From Escherichia coli (GTDB lineage Bacteria > Pseudomonadota > Gammaproteobacteria > Enterobacterales > Enterobacteriaceae): a stretch of 64,000 nt of DNA. The notes below the pieces were generated by a model. That model worked only from the letters and a program-made list of their open reading frames with translations, had not been told where the DNA came from and did not search any database. The translations under genes and the position numbers were made by a program. The stretch is from the NCBI RefSeq assembly GCF_003334385.1, contig NZ_QOWN01000018.1, one strand, 5' to 3'. Positions 1 through 12,358 of this stretch are shown here, piece after piece (position 1 is the first letter of the stretch; every line of letters starts with the position of its first letter).

Positions 1-77
1 TGTTTTTGTCATGTGAGTCACCTCTGACTGAGAGTTTACTCACTTAGCCGCGTGTCCACTATTGCTGGGTAAGATCA
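1..77 (-). mobile_element. IS3 terminus (left inverted repeat plus first codons of orfA/insE); the window starts inside the IS
   Basis: Reverse complement of 1-77 reads TGATCTTACCCAGCAATAGTGGACACGCGGCTAAGTGAG...CTCACATGACAAAAACA. I recognise this from memory as the IS3 IRL followed by the MTKT start of orfA. Confidence 0.7.
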
Positions 78-421
78 GTGCCTGGCACACGCGTTTGATG
101 GAAGACGGCGTTCAGGCAATGCGCGATTATCTTGCCGGACTGGATATCGCTTCGCCAGAGCATCAGGTTCTGATGAACGTAACAGCAAAAAGCGAGGTCG
201 CTCCGTCAATTATCAAAGAAAATCTCTCATTACACTTAACTCATACGGTGAAATGGACTGAATCTCTCGATACATTTCTGAATATGCCAACCCCGGTAGC
301 TTTCCTTGAAATAAGTAATAAGCCCTATTTGGGGAATATGTTAAATGATTTTGCTGGCGTGGATCAGCAACGAGTTATGCATTGTCGTAAAGCATTTAGT
401 GATGCAAAGGTATTCAAATGA
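78..421 (+). pseudogene. ymdE: FabD-like (malonyl-CoA:ACP transacylase) C-terminal remnant, 5-prime end removed by the IS3 insertion
   Basis: ORF 62-421 has no credible start and begins inside the IS3 end. Its position before ycdU matches K-12 ymdE as I recall it. Confidence 0.6.
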
Positions 422-1404
422 TTCCTGATTATTTAACTTTTATTCGCTTTCAGGATAAACGAAATCTGATATACATTTATGCTATTGGACTTATTCTGAT
501 AGGCTTTTATTGGAAGAATGCAGGGTTTACTTTTCCATCAGAGGATATTGGTGTAGTTAGTGGGATTCTGGCTCTGGTGCTGTATAATTTTATTTTTGAT
601 CTCAAGGCGTACTGGGCTTATAAATGCGTCACGAAGAATATCGATTTTTCGTGGTTTAAGAAAAAGCAGAACCACAAAATAGAATTATTTCTTACACAAC
701 CTCTGGTGGCAGGATTTCTGTCGTTAATCATGTTGAGTGCAATGAGTTGGGGGCTATACCAGCTTCTACCCTCGTTATATGCGCTGTTCCTGATTTCGTT
801 ACTTGGGCCGTTGGTCATCTTTCTGCTGTTTCGGATGATCCGCACCAGTTATGTCAAGCAGGTCGCTATTTCAGTAGCGAAAAAAGTAAAATATAAAAGT
901 CTGACTCGCTATGTGCTGCTTTCGGTGTGCATCTCAACGGTTGTTAACCTGCTTACTATCAGCCCGTTGCGTAACAGTGATTCTTTTGTGACAGAGGGGC
1001 AGTGGTTAACGTTTAAATCGATAATTGCATTGCTCATTCTTTGTGGCGTAGTGTTGGCGATTAATCTGTTTTTTCTGCGCTTCTCCAAGCGGTACGCTTT
1101 TCTGGGCAGGCTTTTTTTGCAGGAAATCGATCTGTTTTTCTCCAGTGAAAATGCGTTGTCGACCTTTTTTGCCAAGCCGCTTTGGCTTCGGTTATTCATA
1201 TTGCTGGTTATTGAAGTGATGTGGATTACGCTGGTGTCGGTATTGGCAACGCTTGTAGAATGGCGGATTTGGTTTGAAGCCTATTTTTTACTCTGCTATG
1301 TACCGTGCTTAATTTACTATTTTTTCTATTGTCGATTCCTCTGGCATAACGATTTTATGATGGCATGTGACATGTATTTCCGTTGGGGGCATTTTAATAA
1401 GTGA
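418..1404 (+). CDS. ycdU: polytopic inner-membrane protein of unknown function
   Basis: 328-aa ORF, very hydrophobic, ATGA overlap with the previous ORF. Size and position match K-12 YcdU. Confidence 0.85.
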
Positions 1405-1535
1405 GGAAGTGATAGGAAGTGACCAGATAATACATATATGTTCTGTACTCTCTTGCGCATTTTGATTGTTGACTGAGTAACCAGACAGTTGATGTGCACG
1501 ATTTCCCCTCGCCCTAACAGACGTGGGCGGGGGCA

Positions 1536-2158
1536 CCCGGTGTGTGCAATATACGAAAAAAAAGCCCGTACTTTCGTACGAGCTCTTCTTTAAATATGGC
1601 GGTGAGGGGGGGATTGACTCGCTTCGCTCGCCCTGCGGGCAGCCCGCTCACTGCGTTCACGGTCTGTCCAACTGGCTGTCGCCAGTTGTCGACCCCCGGT
1701 CGGGGCTTCTCATCCCCCCGGTGTGTGCAATATACGAAAAAAAAGCCCGTACTTTCGTACGAGCTCTTCTTTAAATATGGCGGTGAGGGGGGGATTGACT
1801 CGCTTCGCTCGCCCTGCGGGCAGCCCGCTCACTGCGTTCACGGTCTGTCCAACTGGCTGTCGCCAGTTGTCGACCCCCGGTCGGGGCTTCTCATCCCCCC
1901 GGTGTGTGCAATATACGAAAAAAAAGCCCGTACTTTCGTACGAGCTCTTCTTTAAATATGGCGGTGAGGGGGGGATTGACTCGCTTCGCTCGCCCTGCGG
2001 GCAGCCCGCTCACTGCGTTCACGGTCTGTCCAACTGGCTGTCGCCAGTTGTCGACCCCCGGTCGGGGCTTCTCATCCCCCCGGTGTGTGCAATATACGAA
2101 AAAAAAGCCCGTACTTTCGTACGAGCTCTTCTTTAAATATGGCGGTGAGGGGGGGATT
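1536..2158. repeat. Tandem array: 181-bp unit x3 plus a partial fourth copy that merges into the 3-prime end of serX
   Basis: The same ORF restarts at 1542, 1723, 1904 and 2085 (period 181). Reading shows copies starting at 1536, 1717, 1898 and 2079. Each copy carries TGGCGGTGAGGGGGGGATT, the last 19 nt of serX (1597, 1778, 1959; genuine copy at 2140), plus the serX terminator hairpin. Confidence 0.95.
2099..2130 (-). terminator. rho-independent terminator of serX (also present in each upstream repeat unit)
   Basis: On the minus strand: GAGCTCGTAC-GAAA-GTACGGGC stem-loop followed by a T-run, immediately 3-prime of the tRNA. Confidence 0.7.
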
Positions 2159-2227
2159 CGAACCCCCGATACGTTGCCGTATACACACTTTCCAGGCGTG
2201 CTCCTTCAGCCACTCGGACACCTCACC
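2140..2227 (-). tRNA. serX: tRNA-Ser (anticodon GGA), 88 nt with long variable arm and encoded CCA
   Basis: The reverse complement reads GGTGAGGTGTCCGAGTGGCTGAAGGAGCACGCCTGGAAAGTGTGTATACGGCAACGTATCGGGGGTTCGAATCCCCCCCTCACCGCCA. The anticodon loop is CTGGAAA. Confidence 0.95.
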
Positions 2228-2421
2228 AAATTGTCGTTCCTGTCTTGCTGGAACGGGCGCTAATTTAGGGAAATCATGACCTGAGGTCAACAAACTTTTT
2301 GAAAAAATCGCGCGTTTATTCAAACTTCAATCAATGTGTGGTTTTAATAAGCGAAATCTGCTTTTTTTGCCACCGACCACGGATTTGTTATGCTGGTGGC
2401 CTTTGTAGATCATAACGATAA

Positions 2422-3399
<978 letters not shown>

Positions 3400-3453
3400 T
3401 AAAGCATCAGGATTCCTGCTATCCTTGGCGGGAATTGAATACAGGAGAGAGTT

Positions 3454-4191
3454 ATGTATCCCGTCGACCTTCATATGCATACCGTTGCCAGCACACATGC
3501 ATATAGCACATTAAGTGATTACATTGCCCAGGCCAAACAAAAGGGCATTAAACTTTTTGCGATCACCGATCATGGCCCGGATATGGAAGATGCGCCGCAT
3601 CACTGGCACTTCATTAACATGCGTATCTGGCCGCGAGTGGTTGATGGGGTAGGGATCCTGCGCGGCATCGAAGCTAACATTAAAAATGTTGATGGTGAAA
3701 TTGACTGCAGCGGTAAAATGTTTGACTCGCTGGATCTAATTATTGCCGGTTTTCATGAGCCGGTTTTTGCGCCACATGACAAAGCGACCAATACACAAGC
3801 GATGATCGCCACTATCGCCAGCGGCAATGTGCATATAATAAGCCATCCCGGAAATCCCAAATATGAAATAGATGTGAAAGCCGTTGCTGAAGCAGCCGCG
3901 AAACATCAGGTGGCGCTGGAAATCAATAATTCCTCATTTTTACACTCACGTAAGGGCAGTGAAGACAACTGTCGTGAGGTAGCCGCAGCGGTACGTGATG
4001 CTGGAGGTTGGGTGGCATTAGGCTCGGATTCTCACACCGCGTTTACCATGGGGGAATTTGAAGAGTGTCTTAAAATCCTCGACGCGGTAGATTTTCCGCC
4101 AGAGCGCATTTTGAATGTTTCTCCGCGCCGCTTACTGAACTTCCTTGAATCTCGCGGTATGGCACCGATTGCGGAATTTGCAGACCTTTAA
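3454..4191 (+). CDS. ycdX: PHP-family zinc phosphatase
   Basis: 245-aa ORF starting [14 protein letters not shown] (PHP motif). Matches K-12 YcdX. Confidence 0.93.
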   Translation: MYPVDLHMHTVASTHAYSTLSDYIAQAKQKGIKLFAITDHGPDMEDAPHHWHFINMRIWPRVVDGVGILRGIEANIKNVDGEIDCSGKMFDSLDLIIAGFHEPVFAPHDKATNTQAMIATIASGNVHIISHPGNPKYEIDVKAVAEAAAKHQVALEINNSSFLHSRKGSEDNCREVAAAVRDAGGWVALGSDSHTAFTMGEFEECLKILDAVDFPPERILNVSPRRLLNFLESRGMAPIAEFADL

Positions 4192-4214
4192 TTACTAGTA
4201 ATGGAAATATATTA

Positions 4215-4769
4215 ATGAACGAGTTTTCTATCCTCTGTCGTGTGCTGGGTTCGCTCTATTACCGCCAACCACAAGATCCTTTACTGGTGCCGCTGTTTAC
4301 CCTGATTCGTGAGGGGAAACTGGCTGCGAACTGGCCACTGGAGCAGGATGAGTTGCTGACACGTTTGCAGAAAAGCTGTGATATGACGCAAGTCTCTGCC
4401 GATTACAATGCGTTGTTTATCGGCGATGAATGTGCTGTGCCGCCATATCGTAGCGCATGGGTTGAGGGCGCGACGGAAGCGGAAGTGCGCGCTTTTCTTT
4501 CTGAGCGAGGGATGCCATTAGCGGATACGCCAGCCGATCACATCGGCACATTGCTGCTCGCAGCTTCCTGGCTGGAAGATCAGTCAACGGAAGATGAGAG
4601 CGAAGCACTGGAAACACTGTTCAGTGAGTATCTGTTACCCTGGTGTGGTGCGTTCCTTGGCAAAGTGGAGGCCCATGCAACCACGCCTTTCTGGCGCACC
4701 ATGGCACCGCTAACCCGCGATGCCATTAGTGCAATGTGGGACGAGCTGGAAGAAGATTCTGAAGAATAA
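4215..4769 (+). CDS. ycdY: TorD-family chaperone for YcdX
   Basis: 184-aa ORF. Position and sequence match K-12 YcdY. Confidence 0.9.
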   Translation: MNEFSILCRVLGSLYYRQPQDPLLVPLFTLIREGKLAANWPLEQDELLTRLQKSCDMTQVSADYNALFIGDECAVPPYRSAWVEGATEAEVRAFLSERGMPLADTPADHIGTLLLAASWLEDQSTEDESEALETLFSEYLLPWCGAFLGKVEAHATTPFWRTMAPLTRDAISAMWDELEEDSEE

Positions 4770-4870
4770 GTGTGATCTACGTCACTCATAACTGCAACGG
4801 ATAATTTGTTGTTGCATAAAATGTGTGCTCGATCTCATTCATGGCCGCGTTTTCTGCTATCATGCGCGGC

Positions 4871-5362
4871 ATGAACATACTTCTCTCTATTGCAATCACA
4901 ACAGGCATTCTCTCCGGTATCTGGGGATGGGTGGCTGTTTCCCTGGGCTTACTAAGCTGGGCGGGCTTCCTGGGCTGTACGGCCTACTTTGCCTGCCCGC
5001 AAGGTGGGCTGAAAGGGCTGGCGATCTCCGCTGCAACCCTGCTTAGTGGCGTGGTGTGGGCGATGGTCATTATTTACGGTAGTGCACTGGCACCACATCT
5101 GGAAATTCTCGGTTATGTCATAACCGGTATTGTCGCGTTTCTGATGTGTATTCAGGCCAAACAGCTGCTGCTTTCATTTGTTCCGGGGACGTTTATAGGC
5201 GCATGCGCGACGTTTTCCGGGCAGGGTGACTGGAAACTGGTGTTACCTTCGCTGGCGCTTGGGCTGATATTTGGTTACGCAATGAAAAACAGTGGCCTGT
5301 GGCTGGCGGCGCGTAGTGCAAAGACGGCGCACCGTGAGCAGGAAATCAAAAATAAAGCGTGA
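4871..5362 (+). CDS. ycdZ: inner-membrane protein (DUF1097 type)
   Basis: Hydrophobic ORF. Start trimmed to MNILLSIAITTG (163 aa) as in K-12 YcdZ. Confidence 0.85.
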   Translation: MNILLSIAITTGILSGIWGWVAVSLGLLSWAGFLGCTAYFACPQGGLKGLAISAATLLSGVVWAMVIIYGSALAPHLEILGYVITGIVAFLMCIQAKQLLLSFVPGTFIGACATFSGQGDWKLVLPSLALGLIFGYAMKNSGLWLAARSAKTAHREQEIKNKA

Positions 5363-5395
5363 GGGGCACTCACGCTTTCGCTTAAACAGTAAAAT

Positions 5396-5421
5396 GCCGG
5401 ATGATAATTCCGGCTTTTTTA
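5396..5421. terminator. hairpin terminator between convergent ycdZ and csgG
   Basis: GCCGGA-TGATAAT-TCCGGC followed by a T-run on the plus strand and preceded by an A-run. Confidence 0.65.
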
Positions 5422-5425
5422 TCTG

Positions 5426-6259
5426 TCAGGATTCCGGTGGAACCGACATATGGCGGTATTTCACCAGAATGTCATTCTGCCGTTCTGCTTTATTTTGCAA
5501 ATCCCACAGACCACGGTCGATACCATCATTAATCAGGAAAATGACCCCTGTTTCGATAGCCGACATCAGGCACAGCATAACAGGTTCGTTCGAGGTGTAA
5601 CCCACTTCCCCTTCAAGCAAGCGCTGGTAGTCAATAAAGCGGAAAACCCCGGCCTGAACTTCATAGGAAAGTATCGTCTTACTGGTGTTCACCGAAGAAA
5701 GGATCTCGCCGGTACTCACATTGACGACGCGCAGGTTCACGGCAATCTGATCGAGCTGGTATTGCGTGTCGGCACCGATGCCAAAATATCTTGCCCCAAC
5801 CCCGCCAGATTTGACGTTGCTTTCATAACCGATAATCGAACCTTCAACCATGATATTTGCCGCCGTTAAAGATTGCAGCGGGATTCGGTTATTAATGGCA
5901 ACCGTGCCGTTTTCTTGTGCCGCACGAATAATCTTGCGCTCGTTAAGCAGGTTTTGTAAGCCCTGGCGCTCCAGCGGTATAAACCAGCGAGAATCTTTCA
6001 GTGCCGTGACCAGCATTGCCGTGGCGCTTTGCGGAACAGCAGTGGAGAAGTTACTTGCCGGGTAGGGTTTAAATTGCCCGGTTTCGTCCTGAATGTTGTA
6101 TACCGAAACAAAGATTTTACCCGTCGGCGCTGGCAGATGGGTCAAATCTTTGTAGCTCTGAGCACGAGGCATTAATGTCGGTCTGGCGGCTTCTTTAGGC
6201 GGGGCGGTTAAGCATCCGCTCAGTAACATGACGGCAACCAAAAGAAATAAGCGCTGCAT
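5426..6259 (-). CDS. csgG: curli secretion channel lipoprotein
   Basis: 277-aa ORF starting MQRLFLLVAVMLLSGC (lipobox). Matches CsgG. Confidence 0.96.
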   Translation of the reverse strand: MQRLFLLVAVMLLSGCLTAPPKEAARPTLMPRAQSYKDLTHLPAPTGKIFVSVYNIQDETGQFKPYPASNFSTAVPQSATAMLVTALKDSRWFIPLERQGLQNLLNERKIIRAAQENGTVAINNRIPLQSLTAANIMVEGSIIGYESNVKSGGVGARYFGIGADTQYQLDQIAVNLRVVNVSTGEILSSVNTSKTILSYEVQAGVFRFIDYQRLLEGEVGYTSNEPVMLCLMSAIETGVIFLINDGIDRGLWDLQNKAERQNDILVKYRHMSVPPES

Positions 6260-6285
6260 GATTATTTTCCTTATGAAGCTGGGGC

Positions 6286-6702
6286 TTAAAAATCGGTTGA
6301 GTTATTTTGTAAACCCGAAACCTGGATGGTCGAGGTTTGTCCGGTTTTACGATCTGTCACGTTCAACTGCAATTGACCATCGCGGTTGGCAATATCGACA
6401 ATATAATCGTTGGTCACCATGCGGCCCGGTTTACCGGTATTAATATTCGACAGTAGCCCACCTAAAATTTGTGACTGGATGGCCTGAGTAAAGTTATCTA
6501 ACGCTGAGGGTGTTTCAATACCAAAGTCATCGTTATAGCTCGGATCTTTATAAGAGTTTTGGGCCTGAGCGCTATTTAATAAAAAAGCGCCATTATTTGG
6601 GTTACCACCAAAGTTTGGATTACGGAACTGGAAAGTCATGGTTCCAGCCCAACTTAATGGCGAAATAAGCATGAGTAGAACTACTGCATGTTTGACACGC
6701 AT
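6286..6702 (-). CDS. csgF: curli assembly component
   Basis: 138-aa ORF with signal peptide, in the csgDEFG operon position. Confidence 0.95.
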
Positions 6703-6726
6703 TGCAGCCTCCGAACAATTTTTTAT

Positions 6727-7116
6727 TTAGAATTCATCATGCGCCAAATCGCCCGTACTTAATAACGCCTGATTTATCTGGCGACGATTTAGTGCTTCTT
6801 CAGTTTGAATCAGTGCAAAGACGACAGTTTTCTCGAAGTCTCTTTTCAACGGAAATAAAAAAGTCTGGAAAATAACGTCCTGATTGACCGTTATAGTGAT
6901 CCAGCTTCCCCATCGTGCACTGGGCCTTTCATTAATCGTTAAGTTACCCGTATAGTCACTTTCCCATTTATCACTAAAGGCTCGGTAAAAATCATGGCCA
7001 ATAGATGAAACAGTATGGTCAGTTAGCAATCCCGGGACTTCTACCTCAACGGCGTGAAGATTCCCTGCGGCGAACAGAAATTCTGCCGCCACAATCCAGC
7101 GTAAATAACGTTTCAT
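6727..7116 (-). CDS. csgE: curli secretion specificity factor
   Basis: 129-aa ORF in the operon position. Confidence 0.95.
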
Positions 7117-7120
7117 GGCT

Positions 7121-7771
<651 letters not shown>

Positions 7772-8525
7772 GATGAAACCCCGCTTTTTTTATTGATCGC
7801 ACACCTGACAGCTGCCTCTAAAATAGAAGCACCAGAAGTACTGACAGATGTTGCACTGCTGTGTGTAGTAATAAATCAGCCCTAAATGGGTAAAATATAA
7901 AACTAATGGATTACATCTGATTTCAATCTAGCCATTACAAATCTTAAATCAAGTGTTAAACATGTAACTAAATGTAACTCGTTATATTAAAATGTTAACC
8001 TTAAGGTTTTATTAAGTTTAGAAATGATAGAAAAGTTGTACATTTGGTTTTTATTGCACAATTTTAAAAAATCATACAAATGGTGATAACTTACTAATAA
8101 TGCATATAAAAAATATTTCGGTGTAGTCCTTTCGTCATGTAAAACGTTCTTGTTTTTTCTCCACACCTCCGTGGACAATTTTTTACTGCAAAAAGACGAG
8201 GTTTGTCACGGCTTGTGCGCAAGACATATCGCAGCAATCAGCGACGGGCAAGAAGAATGACTGTCTGGTGCTTTTTGATAGCGGAAAACGGAGATTTAAA
8301 AGAAAACAAAATATTTTTTTGCGTAGATAACAGCGTATTTACGTGGGTTTTAATACTTTGGTATGAACTAAAAAAGAAAAATACAACGCGCGGGTGAGTT
8401 ATTAAAAATATTTCCGCAGACATACTTTCCATCGTAACGCAGCGTTAACAAAATACAGGTTGCGTTAACAACCAAGTTGAAATGATTTAATTTCTTAAAT
8501 GTACGACCAGGTCCAGGGTGACAAC
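7772..8525. promoter_or_regulatory. csgD-csgB divergent intergenic control region (long AT-rich, curved)
   Basis: About 750 bp of AT-rich non-coding DNA between the divergent csgDEFG and csgBAC operons. This is the known multi-regulator and sRNA-targeted region. Individual sites were not mapped here. Confidence 0.8.
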
Positions 8526-8981
8526 ATGAAAAACAAATTGTTATTTATGATGTTAACAATACTGGGTGCGCCTGGGATTGCAGCCGCAGCAGGTTATGAT
8601 TTAGCTAATTCAGAATATAACTTCGCGGTAAATGAATTGAGTAAGTCTTCATTTAATCAGGCAGCCATAATTGGTCAAGCTGGGACTAATAATAGTGCTC
8701 AGTTACGGCAGGGAGGCTCAAAACTTTTGGCGGTTGTTGCGCAAGAAGGTAGTAGCAACCGGGCAAAGATTGACCAGACAGGAGATTATAACCTTGCATA
8801 TATTGATCAGGCGGGCAGTGCCAACGATGCCAGTATTTCGCAAGGTGCTTATGGTAATACTGCGATGATTATCCAGAAAGGTTCTGGTAATAAAGCAAAT
8901 ATTACACAGTATGGTACTCAAAAAACGGCAATTGTAGTGCAGAGACAGTCGCAAATGGCTATTCGCGTGACACAACGTTAA
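8526..8981 (+). CDS. csgB: minor curlin / nucleator
   Basis: Start trimmed to MKNKLLFMMLTILGAPGIAAA (151 aa). Gln/Asn-rich imperfect repeats. Confidence 0.95.
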   Translation: MKNKLLFMMLTILGAPGIAAAAGYDLANSEYNFAVNELSKSSFNQAAIIGQAGTNNSAQLRQGGSKLLAVVAQEGSSNRAKIDQTGDYNLAYIDQAGSANDASISQGAYGNTAMIIQKGSGNKANITQYGTQKTAIVVQRQSQMAIRVTQR

Positions 8982-9021
8982 TTTCCATTCGACTTTTAAA
9001 TCAATCCGATGGGGGTTTTAC

Positions 9022-9477
9022 ATGAAACTTTTAAAAGTAGCAGCAATTGCAGCAATCGTATTCTCCGGTAGCGCTCTGGCAGGTGTTGTTCCTCAGTACG
9101 GCGGCGGCGGTAACCACGGTGGTGGCGGTAATAATAGCGGCCCAAATTCTGAGCTGAACATTTACCAGTACGGTGGCGGTAACTCTGCACTTGCTCTGCA
9201 AACTGATGCCCGTAACTCTGACTTGACTATTACCCAGCATGGCGGCGGTAATGGTGCAGATGTTGGTCAGGGCTCAGATGACAGCTCAATCGATCTGACC
9301 CAACGTGGCTTCGGTAACAGCGCTACTCTTGATCAGTGGAACGGCAAAAATTCTGAAATGACGGTTAAACAGTTCGGTGGTGGCAACGGTGCTGCAGTTG
9401 ACCAGACTGCATCTAACTCCTCCGTCAACGTGACTCAGGTTGGCTTTGGTAACAACGCGACCGCTCATCAGTACTAA
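9022..9477 (+). CDS. csgA: major curlin subunit
   Basis: 151-aa ORF starting MKLLKVAAIAAIVFSGSALA, with five SX5QXGXGNXAX3Q-type repeats. Confidence 0.97.
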   Translation: MKLLKVAAIAAIVFSGSALAGVVPQYGGGGNHGGGGNNSGPNSELNIYQYGGGNSALALQTDARNSDLTITQHGGGNGADVGQGSDDSSIDLTQRGFGNSATLDQWNGKNSEMTVKQFGGGNGAAVDQTASNSSVNVTQVGFGNNATAHQY

Positions 9478-9499
9478 TACATCATTTGTATTACAGAAA

Positions 9500-9523
9500 C
9501 AGGGCGCAAGCCCTGTTTTTTTT
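9500..9523 (+). terminator. rho-independent terminator after csgA
   Basis: CAGGGC-GCAA-GCCCTG followed by T8. Confidence 0.75.
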
Positions 9524-9535
9524 CGGGAGAAGAAT

Positions 9536-10300
<765 letters not shown>

Positions 10301-10394
10301 GTTTCTGAACAACTCACGTTGCTGAGCAGAAAAATGCGATTTAACCAAAAAGCCTGCTGTACACTTAAGAAACAAGAAGGTGTAAGGAGGCGTT

Positions 10395-10928
10395 ATGAAA
10401 ACGCGTATTCATGTTGTGCAGGGTGATATTACCAAACTGGCCGTTGATGTGATTGTGAATGCGGCTAATCCGTCATTAATGGGAGGCGGCGGCGTCGATG
10501 GGGCCATTCATCGCGCAGCGGGTCCGGCCCTGCTGGATGCTTGTTTAAAAGTCAGGCAACAGCAGGGCGATTGCCCTACGGGGCATGCCGTTATTACGCT
10601 TGCAGGCGATCTTCCCGCTAAAGCCGTAGTGCACACCGTCGGGCCAGTCTGGCGTGGTGGTGAACAAAACGAAGACCAGCTTTTGCAGGATGCCTATCTC
10701 AATAGCCTACGACTGGTGGCGGCAAACAGCTATACGTCAGTGGCTTTTCCTGCAATCAGTACTGGGGTTTATGGTTACCCTCGTGCGGCAGCGGCTGAAA
10801 TCGCAGTAAAAACCGTTTCAGAATTTATTACCCGTCACGCTTTACCCGAACAGGTATACTTTGTCTGTTATGATGAAGAAAACGCCCACCTCTACGAAAG
10901 ACTCCTTACCCAACAAGGAGATGAATGA
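10395..10928 (+). CDS. ymdB: macrodomain O-acetyl-ADP-ribose deacetylase / RNase III modulator
   Basis: 177-aa ORF with the macro-domain motif [23 protein letters not shown]. Confidence 0.95.
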
Positions 10929-10929
10929 T

Positions 10930-12351
10930 TTGCCCCGGCTGGCGAGCGCGGTGCTGCCACTGTGTTCGCAACATCCCGGTCAGTGTGGCCTTTTTCCTCT
11001 GGAGAAAAGTCTGGATGCGTTTGCCGCCCGGTATCGTCTGGCCGAAATGGCAGAGCATACGCTCGATGTTCAGTATTACATCTGGCAGGACGATATGTCG
11101 GGTCGGTTACTGTTTTCCGCCCTGTTAGCCGCAGCAAAGCGTGGCGTTCGCGTCCGTTTGTTGCTGGACGACAACAATACGCCCGGACTTGACGACATTT
11201 TACGCTTGCTTGACAGTCATCCACGCATTGAAGTCCGGCTTTTTAATCCTTTCTCGTTTCGCTTGCTGCGTCCGCTTGGTTATATCACCGACTTTTCCCG
11301 TCTTAATCGCCGTATGCACAATAAAAGTTTCACTGTCGATGGCGTGGTGACCCTGGTGGGAGGACGAAATATTGGTGATGCCTATTTTGGAGCAGGGGAG
11401 GAGCCACTTTTTTCGGATTTAGATGTCATGGCAATAGGACCCGTGGTAGAGGACGTTGCCGATGATTTCGCCCGCTACTGGTATTGCAAATCGGTTTCAC
11501 CCTTACAGCAGGTGCTGGATGTCCCGGAGGGTGAAATGGCGGATCGCATCGAGTTACCCGCCTCCTGGCATAACGATGCCATGACGCATCGTTATTTACG
11601 CAAAATGGAATCCAGTCCATTTATAAATCATCTGGTTGATGGAACATTGCCGCTTATCTGGGCGAAGACACGTTTATTAAGTGATGATCCGGCGAAAGGG
11701 GAGGGCAAGGCAAAACGGCATTCACTGTTACCGCAGCGCCTGTTCGATATCATGGGCTCACCCAGTGAACGCATCGATATTATCTCTTCCTATTTTGTAC
11801 CGACACGCGCAGGTGTGGCGCAACTCTTACGGATGGTGAGAAAAGGGGTAAAGATTGCGATCCTAACCAATTCTCTTGCCGCTAACGATGTTGCTGTCGT
11901 CCATGCCGGATACGCGCGCTGGCGCAAAAAATTGCTCCGCTATGGCGTGGAATTATATGAACTCAAGCCGACGCGTGAACAAAGTAGTACGTTACACGAT
12001 CGCGGCATAACCGGTAATTCCGGAGCCAGCCTGCATGCTAAAACCTTTAGCATCGATGGTAAAACGGTGTTTATCGGCTCTTTCAATTTCGATCCGCGTT
12101 CAACATTGCTCAATACTGAAATGGGCTTCGTGATAGAGAGCGAAACGCTGGCACAGTTAATTGATAAACGCTTTATTCAGAGCCAGTATGATGCGGCCTG
12201 GCAGCTCCGTCTGGACAGGTGGGGACGGATCAACTGGGTTGATCGTCATGCAAAGAAAGAGATTATTCTCAAAAAAGAACCCGCCACCAGTTTCTGGAAG
12301 CGGGTTATGGTCAGACTGGCGTCGATATTGCCCGTGGAATGGTTATTGTAA
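10930..12351 (+). CDS. clsC: cardiolipin synthase C (phospholipase D family)
   Basis: Two HKD motifs (HNKSFTVDG, HAKTFSIDG). Start uncertain: TTG 10930 (473 aa, as I recall the K-12 annotation) or ATG 10921. The ORF track begins earlier at 10861. Confidence 0.9.
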   Translation: MPRLASAVLPLCSQHPGQCGLFPLEKSLDAFAARYRLAEMAEHTLDVQYYIWQDDMSGRLLFSALLAAAKRGVRVRLLLDDNNTPGLDDILRLLDSHPRIEVRLFNPFSFRLLRPLGYITDFSRLNRRMHNKSFTVDGVVTLVGGRNIGDAYFGAGEEPLFSDLDVMAIGPVVEDVADDFARYWYCKSVSPLQQVLDVPEGEMADRIELPASWHNDAMTHRYLRKMESSPFINHLVDGTLPLIWAKTRLLSDDPAKGEGKAKRHSLLPQRLFDIMGSPSERIDIISSYFVPTRAGVAQLLRMVRKGVKIAILTNSLAANDVAVVHAGYARWRKKLLRYGVELYELKPTREQSSTLHDRGITGNSGASLHAKTFSIDGKTVFIGSFNFDPRSTLLNTEMGFVIESETLAQLIDKRFIQSQYDAAWQLRLDRWGRINWVDRHAKKEIILKKEPATSFWKRVMVRLASILPVEWLL

Positions 12352-12358
12352 ATGTGGC

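Noticed and set aside
1536-2158. Regular repeats considered as a possible CRISPR array
   Set aside because: The units are contiguous 181-bp tandem copies with no unique spacers. The repeat is far longer than CRISPR repeats, and no cas genes are nearby.
1523-2323. Family of overlapping ORFs (83-137 aa, MCNIRKKSPYFRTSSSLNMAVRGG...) on the plus strand and one on the minus strand
   Set aside because: They restart with the 181-bp repeat period, run antisense through the serX terminator and tRNA, and have no RBS. They are artefacts of the tandem repeat.
8203-8432. Two 64-aa ORFs on opposite strands in the csgD-csgB intergenic region
   Set aside because: This is an AT-rich regulatory region. The ORFs have no RBS and low-complexity composition, and the region is known to be non-coding.
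10861-10929. Upstream extension of clsC overlapping the end of ymdB (track ORF starts at 10861)
   Set aside because: The extension lies inside ymdB in another frame. The AAGGAG at 10914-10919 supports a start at 10921 or 10930.
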